Shown piece by piece: positions 36,653 through 49,458 of a stretch of 64,000 bases of DNA. Below the pieces are notes generated by a model that saw nothing but the letters and a program-made list of their open reading frames with translations, had not been told where the DNA came from and ran no database searches. Numbering within the stretch: position 1 is the first letter of the stretch; every line of letters begins with the position of its first letter. The translations under genes and the position numbers were made by a program. Source of the DNA: Pseudovirgaria hyperparasitica (lineage: Eukaryota); assembly GCA_010093815.1 (NCBI GenBank), contig ML996582.1; one strand, written 5' to 3'.

Positions 36653-37120
36653 AGATTTCGGCTACGGCCTTTGGGACTGTAGATGCGTTCAAGGCTTGTA
36701 AGGCCCATAATTCACATATCTCGCAAATGTAGATACGAAACGTTCGTCTAATAGAATGGGATGACTACATTGCTTAGATTCTATGCTGCCTGCCGCAGAT
36801 AAGCATATCTGCCAACAACGTACGTTGATCAATAAACAGGCCGATGATCGTGGAGGGCAAAGACTGATCAAGTAAGAAGAGAACATGTATTGCATAATAC
36901 ACAATTGAATAGGAGGTGACACGAAATATAAGTGCGACAGCCACACCAAGAAGAAATGTGGCGCATTGATCTCGGGCTAAACTCGGATCTATGGATGTCC
37001 GATTTCAAATCCGCCACACTTCGAAAGTTCGCCTGGGCGGTTTCGAAACAATTATCCAGACCTTCTTATCAGGACTTTGGGTTTACTCCAGGTTGTCTCT
37101 GTATTTGCCCAAAGCTCGTT

Positions 37121-38035
37121 ATGCCCCTTGAAAACGTCAAGAAGATTGTCCTTGTGCTTTCGGGCAAGGGCGGCGTTGGCAAATCGAGCATCACCACACA
37201 ACTCGCCCTAACGCTATCATCGCAAGGCCATTCAGTTGGTGTTCTTGACATTGATCTCACAGGCCCTTCTATCCCACGCTTCTTTGGTGTCGAGACTCTG
37301 AAAGTTAAGCAGGCGCCAGGCGGGTGGATACCCGTACCTATTCATGAAGCTTCGGATTCAGATGCGGACCCAAAGCGCGGTGCTTTATCATGCATGTCCT
37401 TGGGATTCATTCTTTCCAATCGCAATGACGCCGTAATCTGGCGTGGACCAAAGAAGACTGCTATGATACGTCAGTTCCTGGAGTCAGTTCTGTGGCCTCC
37501 AGGTCTCGAATATCTTCTCATAGATACACCACCAGGAACCTCTGACGAGCATATTTCGCTGCTTGAAACGCTACTCAAATCCGCTACACCTAGTCAACTT
37601 CCAGGCGCTGTTGTTGTCACTACACCACAGGCAGTTAGCATATCTGATGTCAAGAAAGAGCTTAATTTCTGCCGCAAACTCAATATCAACGTTCTTGGTG
37701 TTGTAGAGAACATGGCCGGTTTTGTGTGCCCCAATTGCATGGAGTGCACACATGTCTTCAGCAAAGGAGGAGGTGAAGTCATGGCCCATGAGTTTGAAGT
37801 TCCCTTCCTGGCAAGCGTACCTATAGACCCTGCTTTTGTCATGCTCATCGAAGAGGGTATTGTGCCAGTCTATCCAGAAGGGACGACAGTCGAAGGACAA
37901 GATGTCGGCACCGCACACGACAACGAGGTACAGTATCATCTCCTCGTTGAAAAGTATCAACGATGCTCGCTGTTCCCAATCTTCGATCGAATTGTCAAAC
38001 AACTGGTTACCGTCATCCAAAGCGGGACCACTTGA
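37121..38035 (+). CDS. CFD1: Cytosolic Fe-S cluster assembly P-loop NTPase Cfd1, 304 aa
   Basis: [33 protein letters not shown] and [11 protein letters not shown]. It lacks the N-terminal Cys-rich extension of Nbp35. Confidence 0.93.
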   Translation: MPLENVKKIVLVLSGKGGVGKSSITTQLALTLSSQGHSVGVLDIDLTGPSIPRFFGVETLKVKQAPGGWIPVPIHEASDSDADPKRGALSCMSLGFILSNRNDAVIWRGPKKTAMIRQFLESVLWPPGLEYLLIDTPPGTSDEHISLLETLLKSATPSQLPGAVVVTTPQAVSISDVKKELNFCRKLNINVLGVVENMAGFVCPNCMECTHVFSKGGGEVMAHEFEVPFLASVPIDPAFVMLIEEGIVPVYPEGTTVEGQDVGTAHDNEVQYHLLVEKYQRCSLFPIFDRIVKQLVTVIQSGTT

Positions 38036-38595
38036 TTATATTTTGATGATTGTGATAGAGCAGCGAGAGGTGTGGATGATGGATCTATTATGAAGATCAA
38101 AGTATTCCTATTGTCTGCCTTATTACAAGGAGAAAGAATCCCATTCAGTTTCTGCACAGTGAACAGCACAGTGCAGGCATGAGGGTTTGACAATAAGTCT
38201 TGGCGGCGAGGAACTGAATTCACTAATCGCACGCACCACTTGACAACGCAGACAATAGGAACAGATAATAGGCTACGAAGCCCAGAGTTCCATTGACGGG
38301 GCATGGCTGCTCTATTGATGAAAGAAAATTTGCAGCAATCGGGGACCGCTATTCTATGTCCTTATCCTCCTTATAAAACAAGTGCGGGCAACCCTAGACT
38401 GATGGATCGGATTTCCAACCTTTCTACAGCCAATAATTCTTTGCTACGAGCAGCAATTCTTTGATATAAGTTCCTATCTCTAACCACCTGGACTCTTTAT
38501 TCTCAGAATTGAACGGGCACATCGCTGGCGATCGCGTCCTCTCCACGGTTTAAGAAACAAACATTCTCTACAACGCAAGATCTCAACTCTTCATC

Positions 38596-39954
38596 ATGTC
38601 TCAACAGCACTCTTCTTCCTTTTTCGTACCTCCACAAGGACTTGACCAACTGCACAATATCTCTACCTCCGAGTCTCGATCGTATGACCGTGGGCTACAG
38701 GGGAAGCCCGACTTTCGTCGTGGCTCAGGCACACCTTTCCCCAGGGGTTCTGCCACAGAGTCCTACCCTCCGCGCATCCAATACGGGGTCGAACAATCCG
38801 ATTTGTCATGCGACGTTGGACTCTTCAATCCAGCGAATCTTCCTTTGTTCAGGGACCATACCAGCCCATATGGTGGCTTTTCCTTCGCTCCGTCTAGCCG
38901 CAAGACAATTGAATCTCCACCGGTCAGCCCAAGGACAAGCCCAACGCATTTCAACACTCGACTGGGTCACGAGAATCATGCTCTACCTGAGCCCGAGGAC
39001 CAAGGGCCAAGTTCGAGCCACGGCTCCGACCGTGGTGCTGATGGTGTCGGTCATCCAAATCCACTCGACCGCAACACCGTCCACGCAGGTTCGAAACGCA
39101 AGCTGATGTCTGACTCCGTCGATGACGATGACGATGATGAAATCGTGGCGCAGGCGCCACCAAAGCGTAAGAAGGGGAACGCGCTGCAGAGGACGAATCA
39201 GGTTGATTTTGAGAAGGCGAATGGCTTGTTCGTCGACTTCGCCAGTGTGGAGGTCGGGGCGCAGATTGCGGAAGCTGGCCTTCCCAATCAATATGCGCCT
39301 GCTGCCGACGAGGATGTAGAAGAAGGCAGCCTGCCACCCGACACAATGCCCACTGCGGAGTACATGCGCCACAACAACCACCAGATCTCCAGATGGAGGA
39401 GCAATCTTCAAGATCCGACAGATGTAGACTTCCCGCATGACCCCAACTCACCAGGGGCAGGCTCACCGGCAGCAATGCAGGCAACACCGCCGCTAGAAGC
39501 GAACACTTGGGGTCCACCGATGGATCAAGCTGGCCCTAGCCCTGCACGCTTGTCGAATGGGGCAAACAATACAAACCGCAACGGAAGCCCATTTTCCGAT
39601 TTGACATCTATCAGCCGCAGACGCCCAAATCCCCGTGACCACCGGGCTACACAGAGCCAACGCGGAGAACATCATGGAGGCAGAGGTCACCCTGCACCTC
39701 TCCCCAACGCCACGGCAAACCCAGTCGAACCTCCGCACTTGCCGCTTCATGGACGTGTGTATGCCGAGATCGTCGTTCCCAATGGACGATTCGAGGAGCG
39801 CATGATTGTTGATCAGATGAACTGCCATTGGGTCTTCGAGGCTGCTTCTCGGTATGCCTTTGAGCGTGAGAATGGGATGGGCGCCGTCAGTCTAGACGAC
39901 TTTGTCAGGATATTTGGGCTCGGACGACACTACGGTCACTGGGAGCCCCGATGA
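38596..39954 (+). CDS. Hypothetical protein, 452 aa, mostly disordered, with NLS-like PPKRKK
   Basis: Long ATG-initiated ORF preceded by TATAAAA (~38372). No recognisable domain. Confidence 0.65.
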   Translation: MSQQHSSSFFVPPQGLDQLHNISTSESRSYDRGLQGKPDFRRGSGTPFPRGSATESYPPRIQYGVEQSDLSCDVGLFNPANLPLFRDHTSPYGGFSFAPSSRKTIESPPVSPRTSPTHFNTRLGHENHALPEPEDQGPSSSHGSDRGADGVGHPNPLDRNTVHAGSKRKLMSDSVDDDDDDEIVAQAPPKRKKGNALQRTNQVDFEKANGLFVDFASVEVGAQIAEAGLPNQYAPAADEDVEEGSLPPDTMPTAEYMRHNNHQISRWRSNLQDPTDVDFPHDPNSPGAGSPAAMQATPPLEANTWGPPMDQAGPSPARLSNGANNTNRNGSPFSDLTSISRRRPNPRDHRATQSQRGEHHGGRGHPAPLPNATANPVEPPHLPLHGRVYAEIVVPNGRFEERMIVDQMNCHWVFEAASRYAFERENGMGAVSLDDFVRIFGLGRHYGHWEPR

Positions 39955-40875
39955 GGGTGAGCGGTCCATGAACACTGTGAAGGAAGAGGCGCAATTGGCG
40001 TGGCAATTTCTAGGAACAGATTCTTTCAGAATTTTTGACTTGGATCTCGAGGAAGTTCGTGAGTGTCGGAACATTCGGTTTAGGACCTTTGCCTAGCGGT
40101 ACTTGTTATTCAAATACTGCGTCTAATATGTCGAAGGCAAGCTTGTAAAGTCGGATTCACGGGCCCTCTTACTTAGTATTACTTGCAAAGCAATACACCA
40201 AGACTGATCTTATTGGACAGTCCTGTACCTTGTAAAATGAGACAACTCCTGCGTTGCTTGTCTTTAATATCCCCGTGCTGTACACTTCGTCCTCTTCTCT
40301 GCATGGGCATGCATTCAGTCATCTCTGGAGCTGAACTTCGTGATGCTAGGGGCGCTATTATCCAAGATCTCGCTCAATACTGAAACAGATTACCAATGGT
40401 AGCCAGTGGTTTCACTGGTTTGTGTTCAAGTTTCATGACGCCTAGATCCCTTCGGAAGCTATCACCTTCTGTTACTGACCACGAAAGCTTCGGCCTCTGA
40501 ACTTTTCGTTGAACATTGAGACTGTAACCAGGATATGAGCCATCGCTTGGTGTCACCCAACTTGTATGCTCATTGAAGGTTGAATCTCTGTAGTTGAGCC
40601 GCCAAACAGTGGTTATCTTCTCATATCGCACGCCTAGACAGTCTCGGAGTGAGCACGCCGTTGAATGAGACTACAGATAATCATCAATCCATGTTGATCG
40701 TATACCGACTTCAGCGACTCATGAATCGACCAGTGTGAACTTTTTACGGGTTTGTAGGCTCTTCCCTATGTGACCAAAGATTGTTGAGCTCAAGTGAAGT
40801 GGTCTGTATTTACGGACTGTACTGACAAACAGAACACAATTGCCGCCGATAGACTTCGCTGACTGTGGCCCTACT

Positions 40876-41022
40876 TCTTCTCCACCTCAGCTTTCCTACT
40901 TATATTATTCCACATACAATTACTCATTCTCCGCCTCAGTTTCTCCACTTGTCTTCTACACACAATTACTCATTCTCCGCCTCAGTTTCCCCCCTTATCT
41001 TCTACATACCCACTCATTCTCT
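40876..41022. repeat. ~46-bp tandem repeat (2 near-perfect copies plus degenerate flanks) just upstream of dynamin-like gene A
   Basis: acaattactcattctccgcctcagtttc occurs at 40916 and 40962. Confidence 0.85.
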
Positions 41023-41072
41023 ACCAGAATACTATTGCAAAATCACCAGTGTGGAGCTCCGGCTTCATCACA

Positions 41073-44000
41073 ATGGCGGAGCGTGAAGATATTGACATTT
41101 CAGCTACTAACCACTCAAATGGCCTTGTGGCACAACAAGCTTCAGTCTTCGATACCGAGGTGAAGATCGAGCCTGGTATCAATTCGGTTCGTCCTGACAA
41201 TCTGGAGTCGACTGAACCGGCCCATACTGCAGCCCCAATCGCAAGTCACTATTCGCCTATCATCCCCTCGCGCAAAACTACGGTGAATTCGCAAGGCAGG
41301 AAACGTAAAGGTACGTTGATCTACAACGTCGATCCGACATTCACTAATCACACGAAGTTCCTTCCATGGACTCAGATAGTGCGGTCAGTGGAAGCGAAGA
41401 TGAGAGCGACAACGACAGCGATTATGATGACGGGGATGAAGCCATCACTTACAACCCAGAAAGCCAAGAACTACCCAGAATTCCCACACTGCACCCGGCA
41501 TTCAAATTAGCGGAGCAGTTGGCAGTGGATATCGTGGCTCCCTTCAAGGAATTAATCCAAAGCAGTGGCTGTGAAGACGATGAGACGAGACTACTTATGA
41601 GGGAAATCAGTGCCTGCGAGGATGTGAGGTATGGTGAAGCTGTCAAGATAGGCATTGTCGGAGACAGTGGTGTGGGCAAGTCACATAATTCGATTGTCAA
41701 GATGAATTGCTTATACAGGGGCAGGAAAATCCTCTCTCATAAACTCACTGCTAGGCTGCGTCAGCTTGACACCACAGGTTTATTGAACTGCTACCTCTCG
41801 CTACATGGTACTAACACAACTTTCAGGCCGATGACGGAGAAGCTTGCACATACGTGGTACAAGAATTTGTCCCAGTCCCACCAAAGCAAAAGGCTCCATT
41901 CGCTGCAGAAATCTACTGGAAAGGAAGGAAGATGCGGGAATCTGACCTGAAAAGCCATATTGATAGCTATTATCAGTTTTACAGGTGCAAAAAGGAAGCC
42001 ATCGACGACGAGCGAGGTGAATCTGAAGAGGTTGAAGCTCGTACAGCAAAAGAAGTGTTCCTTGCCCTTTTCCAGGACAAGGATGAATTCGCTGATGAGG
42101 AGTCGATGAAAGACTACCTGAGTACAGTAGACCCAACAGATTATGGCCAAGTTCTATCTCAGATGATCAAGTGGACGGATCAAGTCATCGCGAAATTGGG
42201 TTGTGATGGAGAGCCTTTGATAATCGAGGCATCGAATCTGGATGCGTTGTCAGAAAATATCTTACCTTACACGAAGACAGTCACAGACTATCTTGTGGGA
42301 AGTCAACTCAAATGCTCACCATGGTCAATGGTCCGACTTGTCAAGTATGCCACATAATATCCTTGCTCCTTCAGTTGCTGACATTCGTTGCAGGATAGGC
42401 GTACGATCTCCACTCCTAGCAGCTGGAGTCACAATTGCCGACCTTCCAGGTATCTCGCAATCAGATTGACCACAAATGTTCTCTAATCATTCCCAGGTAT
42501 TTCCGATATAAATCGGACCCGTGTTAAGACCACACAAGCTTACCTGAAAAGCTGTGACTACTTGATTATAGTTGCCGATATCAAGAGAGCCGAGACCGAC
42601 ACGGCCACCCACTCCAACCTTATTGACGCTCATAGGAGGAGACGTGGAAAAAGTGTTATCATGGTGTGCACTCGCTCCGATGACATAGGAGCAAAGCAAA
42701 ATATCCCAATGTCTCCACAAGAGGAGGAGCAAGCAGAATATCTAAAGCGTCAGGAGATGTCAACCACGGCTAAGTTGAAAGAGATTGGTAAGAACATACG
42801 CGCTAGTCGTGGAGATCGAGACTTGGTGAATTCGCTCTCCAGGAAAAGGGAGAAGCTGACAGTAAAGAGCAAGATGTACAAAGCTCGACAAACCCAGGAA
42901 CGTATCCTCATTCGAAACAGAAAGGTTTCTACAGGTTTAAAGAAGAAGTATCTTGAGCTTACCAAAGATGAATATCCCCTACCAGTCTTCTGTGTGAGCA
43001 ACAAATTATACACAGCTCACTTGATCGGTATTCCTCGCGATGAGCCCGCGATTCTGACAGTGGAGAACACGAATATTCCAAGGATGGTTGAGTATATATA
43101 CAACCTTCCAGCGACACGAAAGTTAGCTGCGCTGGAACACCATTGCCAAGTGACCCTGTGCACGCTATTCTGTACAGTAGAGATGGCCTCCACGATCACC
43201 AAAATCCAGAGAAAGGAGCATCTCGAAAGATTGATTCTTCAGTCCCAACAGGCGGCTCTTATCGAGGTAGATACTATTTTTAGCGACTTCAACCAGAGAG
43301 AGGTATGCGCTCTGGTCTCCAAGTTGACAAACTTTGAACAGCCGTGGATAAAGCGAGCTGCGGTGAAATGTGGCAGGTGGGAGAGTTTTGGTGCAGCTTC
43401 TCACCGCGCCTTGTGCCGAAAATATGGGATTCACAAAACGAAGAAGCTGGGCCCAAAGGACCTCAACAAGGAGCTTTTGATGGTAGTTTCGGATGATGCA
43501 GAGGTACCATTCAACAGCTTGATCAATGCATGCGAAGGACTACTTGCGACTCTTGACAGCACACTGGAGACAGTCCTAGAGAAGATGCGCTGTACCATAA
43601 ACGAGGATCAAGCGTCGACACTTACACCAGTTCAGGCTTTCTTTGGAAATCTGAGACGACGCCAGACTGAACTTCAGGTGCGTTGCATGTATGCAATCAG
43701 GGCTATGAGGAAGTCTCTCGGCACTGTCAAGATCGATGCGCTTCAAGACAGCTCCGACGCATCTTATCTCGCAACAGCAATGAAGAAGGTATACGAGCGT
43801 GCCGCCGCGATTGGCTTTAGAGATTGCGAAAAGGGTGTTACTATACACAGGAAACGATGCGACGTCTTGAGCAATGACATATGCCAGCCTGATGGAATCT
43901 TCATGTTTGTGAAAGACCAGACTATGGTCCATTGTGAAGCTGTGGTCGAAACGCGGAGAGTAGCTCTCCAGAAGGATATTGAAACAATCTTTGCCAGTAT

Positions 44001-44157
44001 CCAGCACGACTTTAGTTCAATTTGCGCTACTGATGTTGAGGAATCCCCAGCCTCCAAAGAGCTTCAGAGGAAGCTTCGTGAACTGGTGCCCAAAGCAAGA
44101 GAGGAGTTCATTTCGCCGGTCAAAGGCTATCTTGAAGAATGCCGCAAGGTCAAGTGA
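41073..44157 (+). CDS. Dynamin-like P-loop GTPase A (SLIP-GC/NUGGC-like), ~947 aa
   Basis: Six exons (introns 41311-41357, 41676-41724 [GC-AG], 41778-41826, 42345-42393, 42450-42496) give a 2844-nt in-frame CDS. G1 GDSGVGKSSLINSLL, G2 ACT, G3 DLPG, G4 TRSD, PVFCVSN, long helical C-terminus. Confidence 0.85.
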
Positions 44158-45165
44158 GCTTTTTAGTCCAGTCCAAGATGGATGCAGAACAAGGAAGCTA
44201 TAAAATTCCCTGCGAGAGACTGTATTTAGGCAAAGTGCGAGGAGCGGGTAATAGAGTCTGAAGATTGCAATCAGTATCCGCCTGGATCAGATGCGAGGGA
44301 CATGAAGTTTACATTCGTGGAGTTTTCAATTGGGATGCATTTTATTCTCCTGCTGGCATGCGTGACTTCTTTTAGAAAGGGTGTAAGTTGAAAACGGGTC
44401 CATATAGTCAACATGCCGAATCCACATGAAAATAGTAGTACTCATCTGAATATCGCGCCACGTGTGGTAAGAAGTCTTTCGCGAGATTGCGAGATCTGGA
44501 ACAGTTTACACTTCGTAGGTAGACAGATCACGAGCAATGGTAAAATCTTGCACACTGAGCGCAAAAATCTACTCTTTTTGGCAGAATGTTGGATAATTAT
44601 TTGATGCCTGGAGTAAAACCATGATGGTAGGTAACATGACTGTGTCTACGTATCACTAAAACGTTCGCAGACTTGATGAGTGGAGAGATAATGCAAACAG
44701 ATGCCAGAGCTTATTAGAACTTTCTGAGGCTTCCATTCGTGTGGAGTAATCCCAGAACAATCGAACTTTCAGAGGATCCATGCATAAGCTATCTACTCTT
44801 CTCTTCTGCGAAAAGCTACAAGAATCCCAGGCCATCAATATCATAACACAGGTAGAGGATGTTCCCCTGCGGCTCGGAGTGCAGCCAACGCTCTTACCTG
44901 TACGCATATTTTGACAAACGACTACTTTTTGGTGACGCCCTTTCATTTACACTGGTGATATTGAGCTAATCTACTTTAAGTATAGCTGGTTGCGGAGTGA
45001 ATGACAGTGTTTACACAGGACGCACTTGGCCTTTCGAATATGGTCGTCTCGACCTCATCTCACCGCTCATCGGTAAACCTACTTCAATCTCTACTATGAA
45101 CTAAGACTCTTTACTCCCTCAATAGTTGCCCTTGGAACGATAACGTCTCAGCATCGCTTATCAGC

Positions 45166-48100
45166 ATGATTGACAGTCAGTGTGAGCTAGTTCAAGCGAC
45201 TTCAACCACTCGGCCTGTCGATGTGGAGAGATTCGACTCTGTGTTGTTAGATCAGACTATGCTGGACACACGGCCCCGGATGACGAGCGAACAATCCTTG
45301 CTAGGCCATTCGAGACCCATGTACCCAGAATCAACCACAATGAACCCTGATCAGAACAACAGCCTGAAGCGGAAAGGTATTTAACAGTGGAGGTTCTTCA
45401 AGCAAGTGCTAAGTTCTGTAGGGTGCCAGATAGACATTGAAAGTACAGGGAACAACGACGGAGATCTCGAATCAGACGACTCTGACGATGAGTGCAATGC
45501 AAGTTACGTACCAGACAGAGTAGAACTCCCGCAGGCGCCAAACTACCATCCAAGCTTTGCAAAAGCGATGGAAAGTCTGAACAAAGTACCGGAACACTTC
45601 CTGAATGCCATCAAGAGCAGTAGCCCTGACGGCGAGGAAGGCTCATTGCTCACGAAGAGAGTCTTGGATGACTCAAAGATCATCTTTCCCAGTAGCCGAC
45701 GTATTGGCTTGCTTGGTCGCAGTGGCGCTGGTACTCAGGACTTCACTCTCTCGTGCATCCTCTTGCTGACTCGTCATAGGTAAATCGTCGCTTATCAACT
45801 CGATTCTAGGGAAAGAAGTCGCTATGATAGTGCGTGTATGTTAAAAGCCATGATTATCCAGCTAACATTGTCCAGGGGTCGAGTGGTGGAGCATGCACCC
45901 CATTCCCCATCGAGTATCATCCATTGCGCCACAATCAAGTGCAGGCATTTCAAGCGGAGGTTGAATACCTCACAAAGTCTGAGGGCACCAAGATGGTCAA
46001 AGGATGGGCGCGGAACGCGTACCAGTACCTCGATTCGAAGGAGAATAAGGCCTCAGATCAAGACAAAGGCGGTGATGATCAGGGATTTGAAAAGGACAAG
46101 CTGGGTAGCACCGCATTGAACTCTCTGCTTACAGTGTTTGGTCATCACGCGGAATTCGCTACGGAAAAATCCGCCAAGGTGTTTCTCAAGTCACAAAAGT
46201 CTGGCGACGACCAAGCGCTGCGGAAAATCATCACGGAATGGGTATCTTCTATTTACCAGCAGTTGATGTCAGACAAAAATCCCAGGAGTCTCTATGCATC
46301 CGATTCTGAAAACCTGGCCAATCAACTCCAGTCTTTGATTGCTTACGGCCGTTCATGTGAGTGCAAAGACCAGGCTGGGAAGTACTGGCCGTTCGTTCAC
46401 GTAGTAAGGTACATAGAAAGCTCCTGTAGTCCGTGTCGTAGTCTGGGCTAACTGTACAGGGTATCATTTGATTCAAAGATTCTACAAGAGGGTATGATCA
46501 TTGTCGACCTCCCAGGTACGCCAGGTCAACGGGATGCGCAAGACGTAGTCGACTACTAACGGAAATCCTTCAGGTCTATCTGATATCAACATGACGCGGA
46601 CGAATGCAACAAAAGCGTACCTGGGCAAATGCGACAAACTTATAGTCGTTGGCAAAATAGACCGCATTGTGGATGATGAGGAAGTTCAGAGATATCTCAT
46701 TACAGCACATCACCATTTGTCGCGAACGAAAAGGGGTGTGATGTGTGTTCCCACTGCCACGGATGATTTCTGCGCAGGAACAAACTTCGCATTCGATATG
46801 AAGCTGAATGACGACCAAGTGGTTGAGCTAAAGCTAGCCGACATCCAGATTCAGTATCTAACAGACAAGCATACAGAGATGCTCACATCTTTACAGCCAG
46901 GCAAGCTTCACCGGCGGGAACTCAAACTACACAAAGATCGACTCAAGAAAGTCCAGTAAGTGAATCATTTCCTGGGCTAGGTGAGAATTTCACTGACAAA
47001 TCAGATCACAAATAGCGAAGGCCAAATTGAGGTGTGTGTGCCAATGACCAGCATCTCGGATAGAGTACTTATCATTCATGTAGTAAAGAGGAGTATCAGA
47101 TCACGATCCGAAACGACAGGGTGGTATCAGAGCTGATTGCAAAGTATGCAAGATTGGCAAATGGGCAGGATCTTTTGGTATTTCCGGTTTCTAATCGCAT
47201 ATACGCGGAATACCTGAAGGCATTATGGGAACGCAATTCGCCCGTCAAATTAACTCCAACAGGAACCGGCGTGCCAGCTCTTCGCAAATTCCTGTACGGG
47301 ATCGCGTCTGCTGGCAAATTTGAGGCACTAAATCATCAATGCTTTGTGTTGGGCAATTTGATAAGGACATGCGAGCTCTCATCGTCCCTTTCGAAGATCA
47401 AGAAGCAAGAGAGACTGGAAGTTCTCGTCAAAGAAAGCAAAGAAAAGTCGTTGGCAGAGCTCCATGACCGGTTCAAGTTGCTACGAGAGAATGAGGTCTC
47501 GGGCCTATGTAAAGTGATGAAGACTGAAGACAGCGCTATGCGGGCGTGTGCGCAAGCTCTCTTGGATACGTGGGCTAAATTGAAGGCGCCCACCCATGCA
47601 GCCTGGTGTCGCCACTGGGGAGCTTGGAAGCTCGATGGCGATCAGAAGGACTGGAATGTCTACCTCCAGGAACCCATCAAGAAGGTACTGGAGACACAGT
47701 TTGATACTTTGGAATCGGCTTGCCTTGACGGCTCGGACTTCCTTGGCTCCACGCTCTCACAGATCCTCATCGGATATGATGGAATGATCCAGCAAATCCG
47801 AAATCACCCGTCCACCGTCATGAAAGAATCTCTCGCGCGTTTCCTGTACAACACCGAGCAGCGAGAAGCAGGTATCCACAACATGATTGATAGCACACTC
47901 AACGTGCTGCGCCACTCCCTGGAGACAATTGAGCAGAGAACCTTCCTCTCCAGTGCGGACTCCTACTTCACGGAATTCATCAACCCGATCTATGAGGAAT
48001 GCCAAAACGCCTATGCAACTCCAGGGGTCAAGAAGTCTCCAAAGGGTGCAAAAGTAGTCGTAAAGGAGGTGAAGGCAAAGAACAAGCACCAAGTCCGTTG

Positions 48101-48392
48101 TGAGATTCTCACAAGCAGGATCTGCTCGCACAATACACTCTACCACCACATATGCACCAAAAGACTACAGCCCGCACTCCAGGCAGCTGTGCAAACAGCC
48201 GAGGAGACGATGAAGACCAAGATAGAGTCTTTATATGCTGATATATACCAGGATTTGCAATTCATATTCGAAAAGGACGACGACAACGACCCTGAAACGA
48301 TCAAGCTCCGACAGGCCGTTCGGGATGTGCTCGGTGTTGCTAGCAGCGATCTGGACAACGCTGTGGCGTTCTTGAAGGAATGCAAGCCTTGA
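45166..48392 (+). CDS. Dynamin-like P-loop GTPase B (SLIP-GC/NUGGC-like), paralog of A, ~958 aa
   Basis: Eight exons (introns 45377-45421, 45731-45779, 45830-45875, 46409-46459, 46516-46573, 46956-47004, 47032-47083) give a 2877-nt in-frame CDS. G1 GRSGAGKSSLINSIL, ACT, DLPG, G4-position TATD, VFPVSN, TGVPALR. Confidence 0.85.
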
Positions 48393-49458
48393 GCGGACTC
48401 ACTTCTTTTGTCTTCTTGTCCGCATTTTTAGTAAGGTACATGGTTTCTGACTCACACCGCAACTACATTTTCACATCGCCCGGGTCTGCTTCTTCATTGC
48501 GACATCGCTCAATCTCACTAGATATCTCACATCCATCTGTCCTTGCACTTTACTGCCTTAGCTTCGGTATTGCAAGAACCCCATCCCAATCCTTCTCGAT
48601 ATCCTCTCCTAGTCTTCACTCAGGCAGACCGTTCCATTGTGTTTCCATGTACAGCTAGCAAGATATGGGATCACATACTATGCCAAACACTCAAACATAT
48701 ATGAATTTATAAGCCTCGAACTGCCTTTTAACCAGTTCCAACTGACCCCTATTTTACTTTGAAGTAATCCCTCTTCTAACCTTCCTACCACCGTTCTAGT
48801 CCGTAAACTCCTATTACATTTTCTCCCTTGATATCCAAACTCAGTATACTCTACTTTATATACTATTGAATCTTATTACTATGATTCATATAAGTATGAG
48901 CCTTGACTTACATTCAACGTGTCCCAGTCGACCCTTCATTACCCTGCCAATTTCCCTCCTGCCGTTCCAGTCTACAAATCTCCCACACACATACATCATC
49001 CCTCTAACATCCGAATTCATCATACTCCCCTCTATTCACACACTGCCAGATCCCGTTGCAGTGCTTCATATGACTGCATGACCATACGTCTTGCGCGCTC
49101 CATGTGACTGGCATGACGATAAGTCGACAGCATGAGTAGCACGCCATGGATGCCCCTTTAATGCAGACCCAGCAAGAGAACCAGAAGCACACGTCTCAGA
49201 AAGCGTCGACAAAGATACGAAGTCCACACCTCCACACAGCATACCATCACATCAGAGTCTCAAAAGCGCGTTTCGAAGCTCACATTCCATGTGCGAAATG
49301 TGCTGGTATTACAACACTCTCTATCGTATCGTACCATCTCATATTACAATACAACATACACAGCATGCATTTAAATTCCCAGTAATCAGCAAATACCCAC
49401 CACTGATGCACATTCCCAGTAATCAGCATATGACCACCCCTTAGCCCCCCCAAACCCC

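Noticed and set aside
36932..37120. 63-aa N-terminal extension of CFD1 in the ORF track
   Set aside because: Starts at GTG; homology begins at ATG 37121 (MPLENVK).
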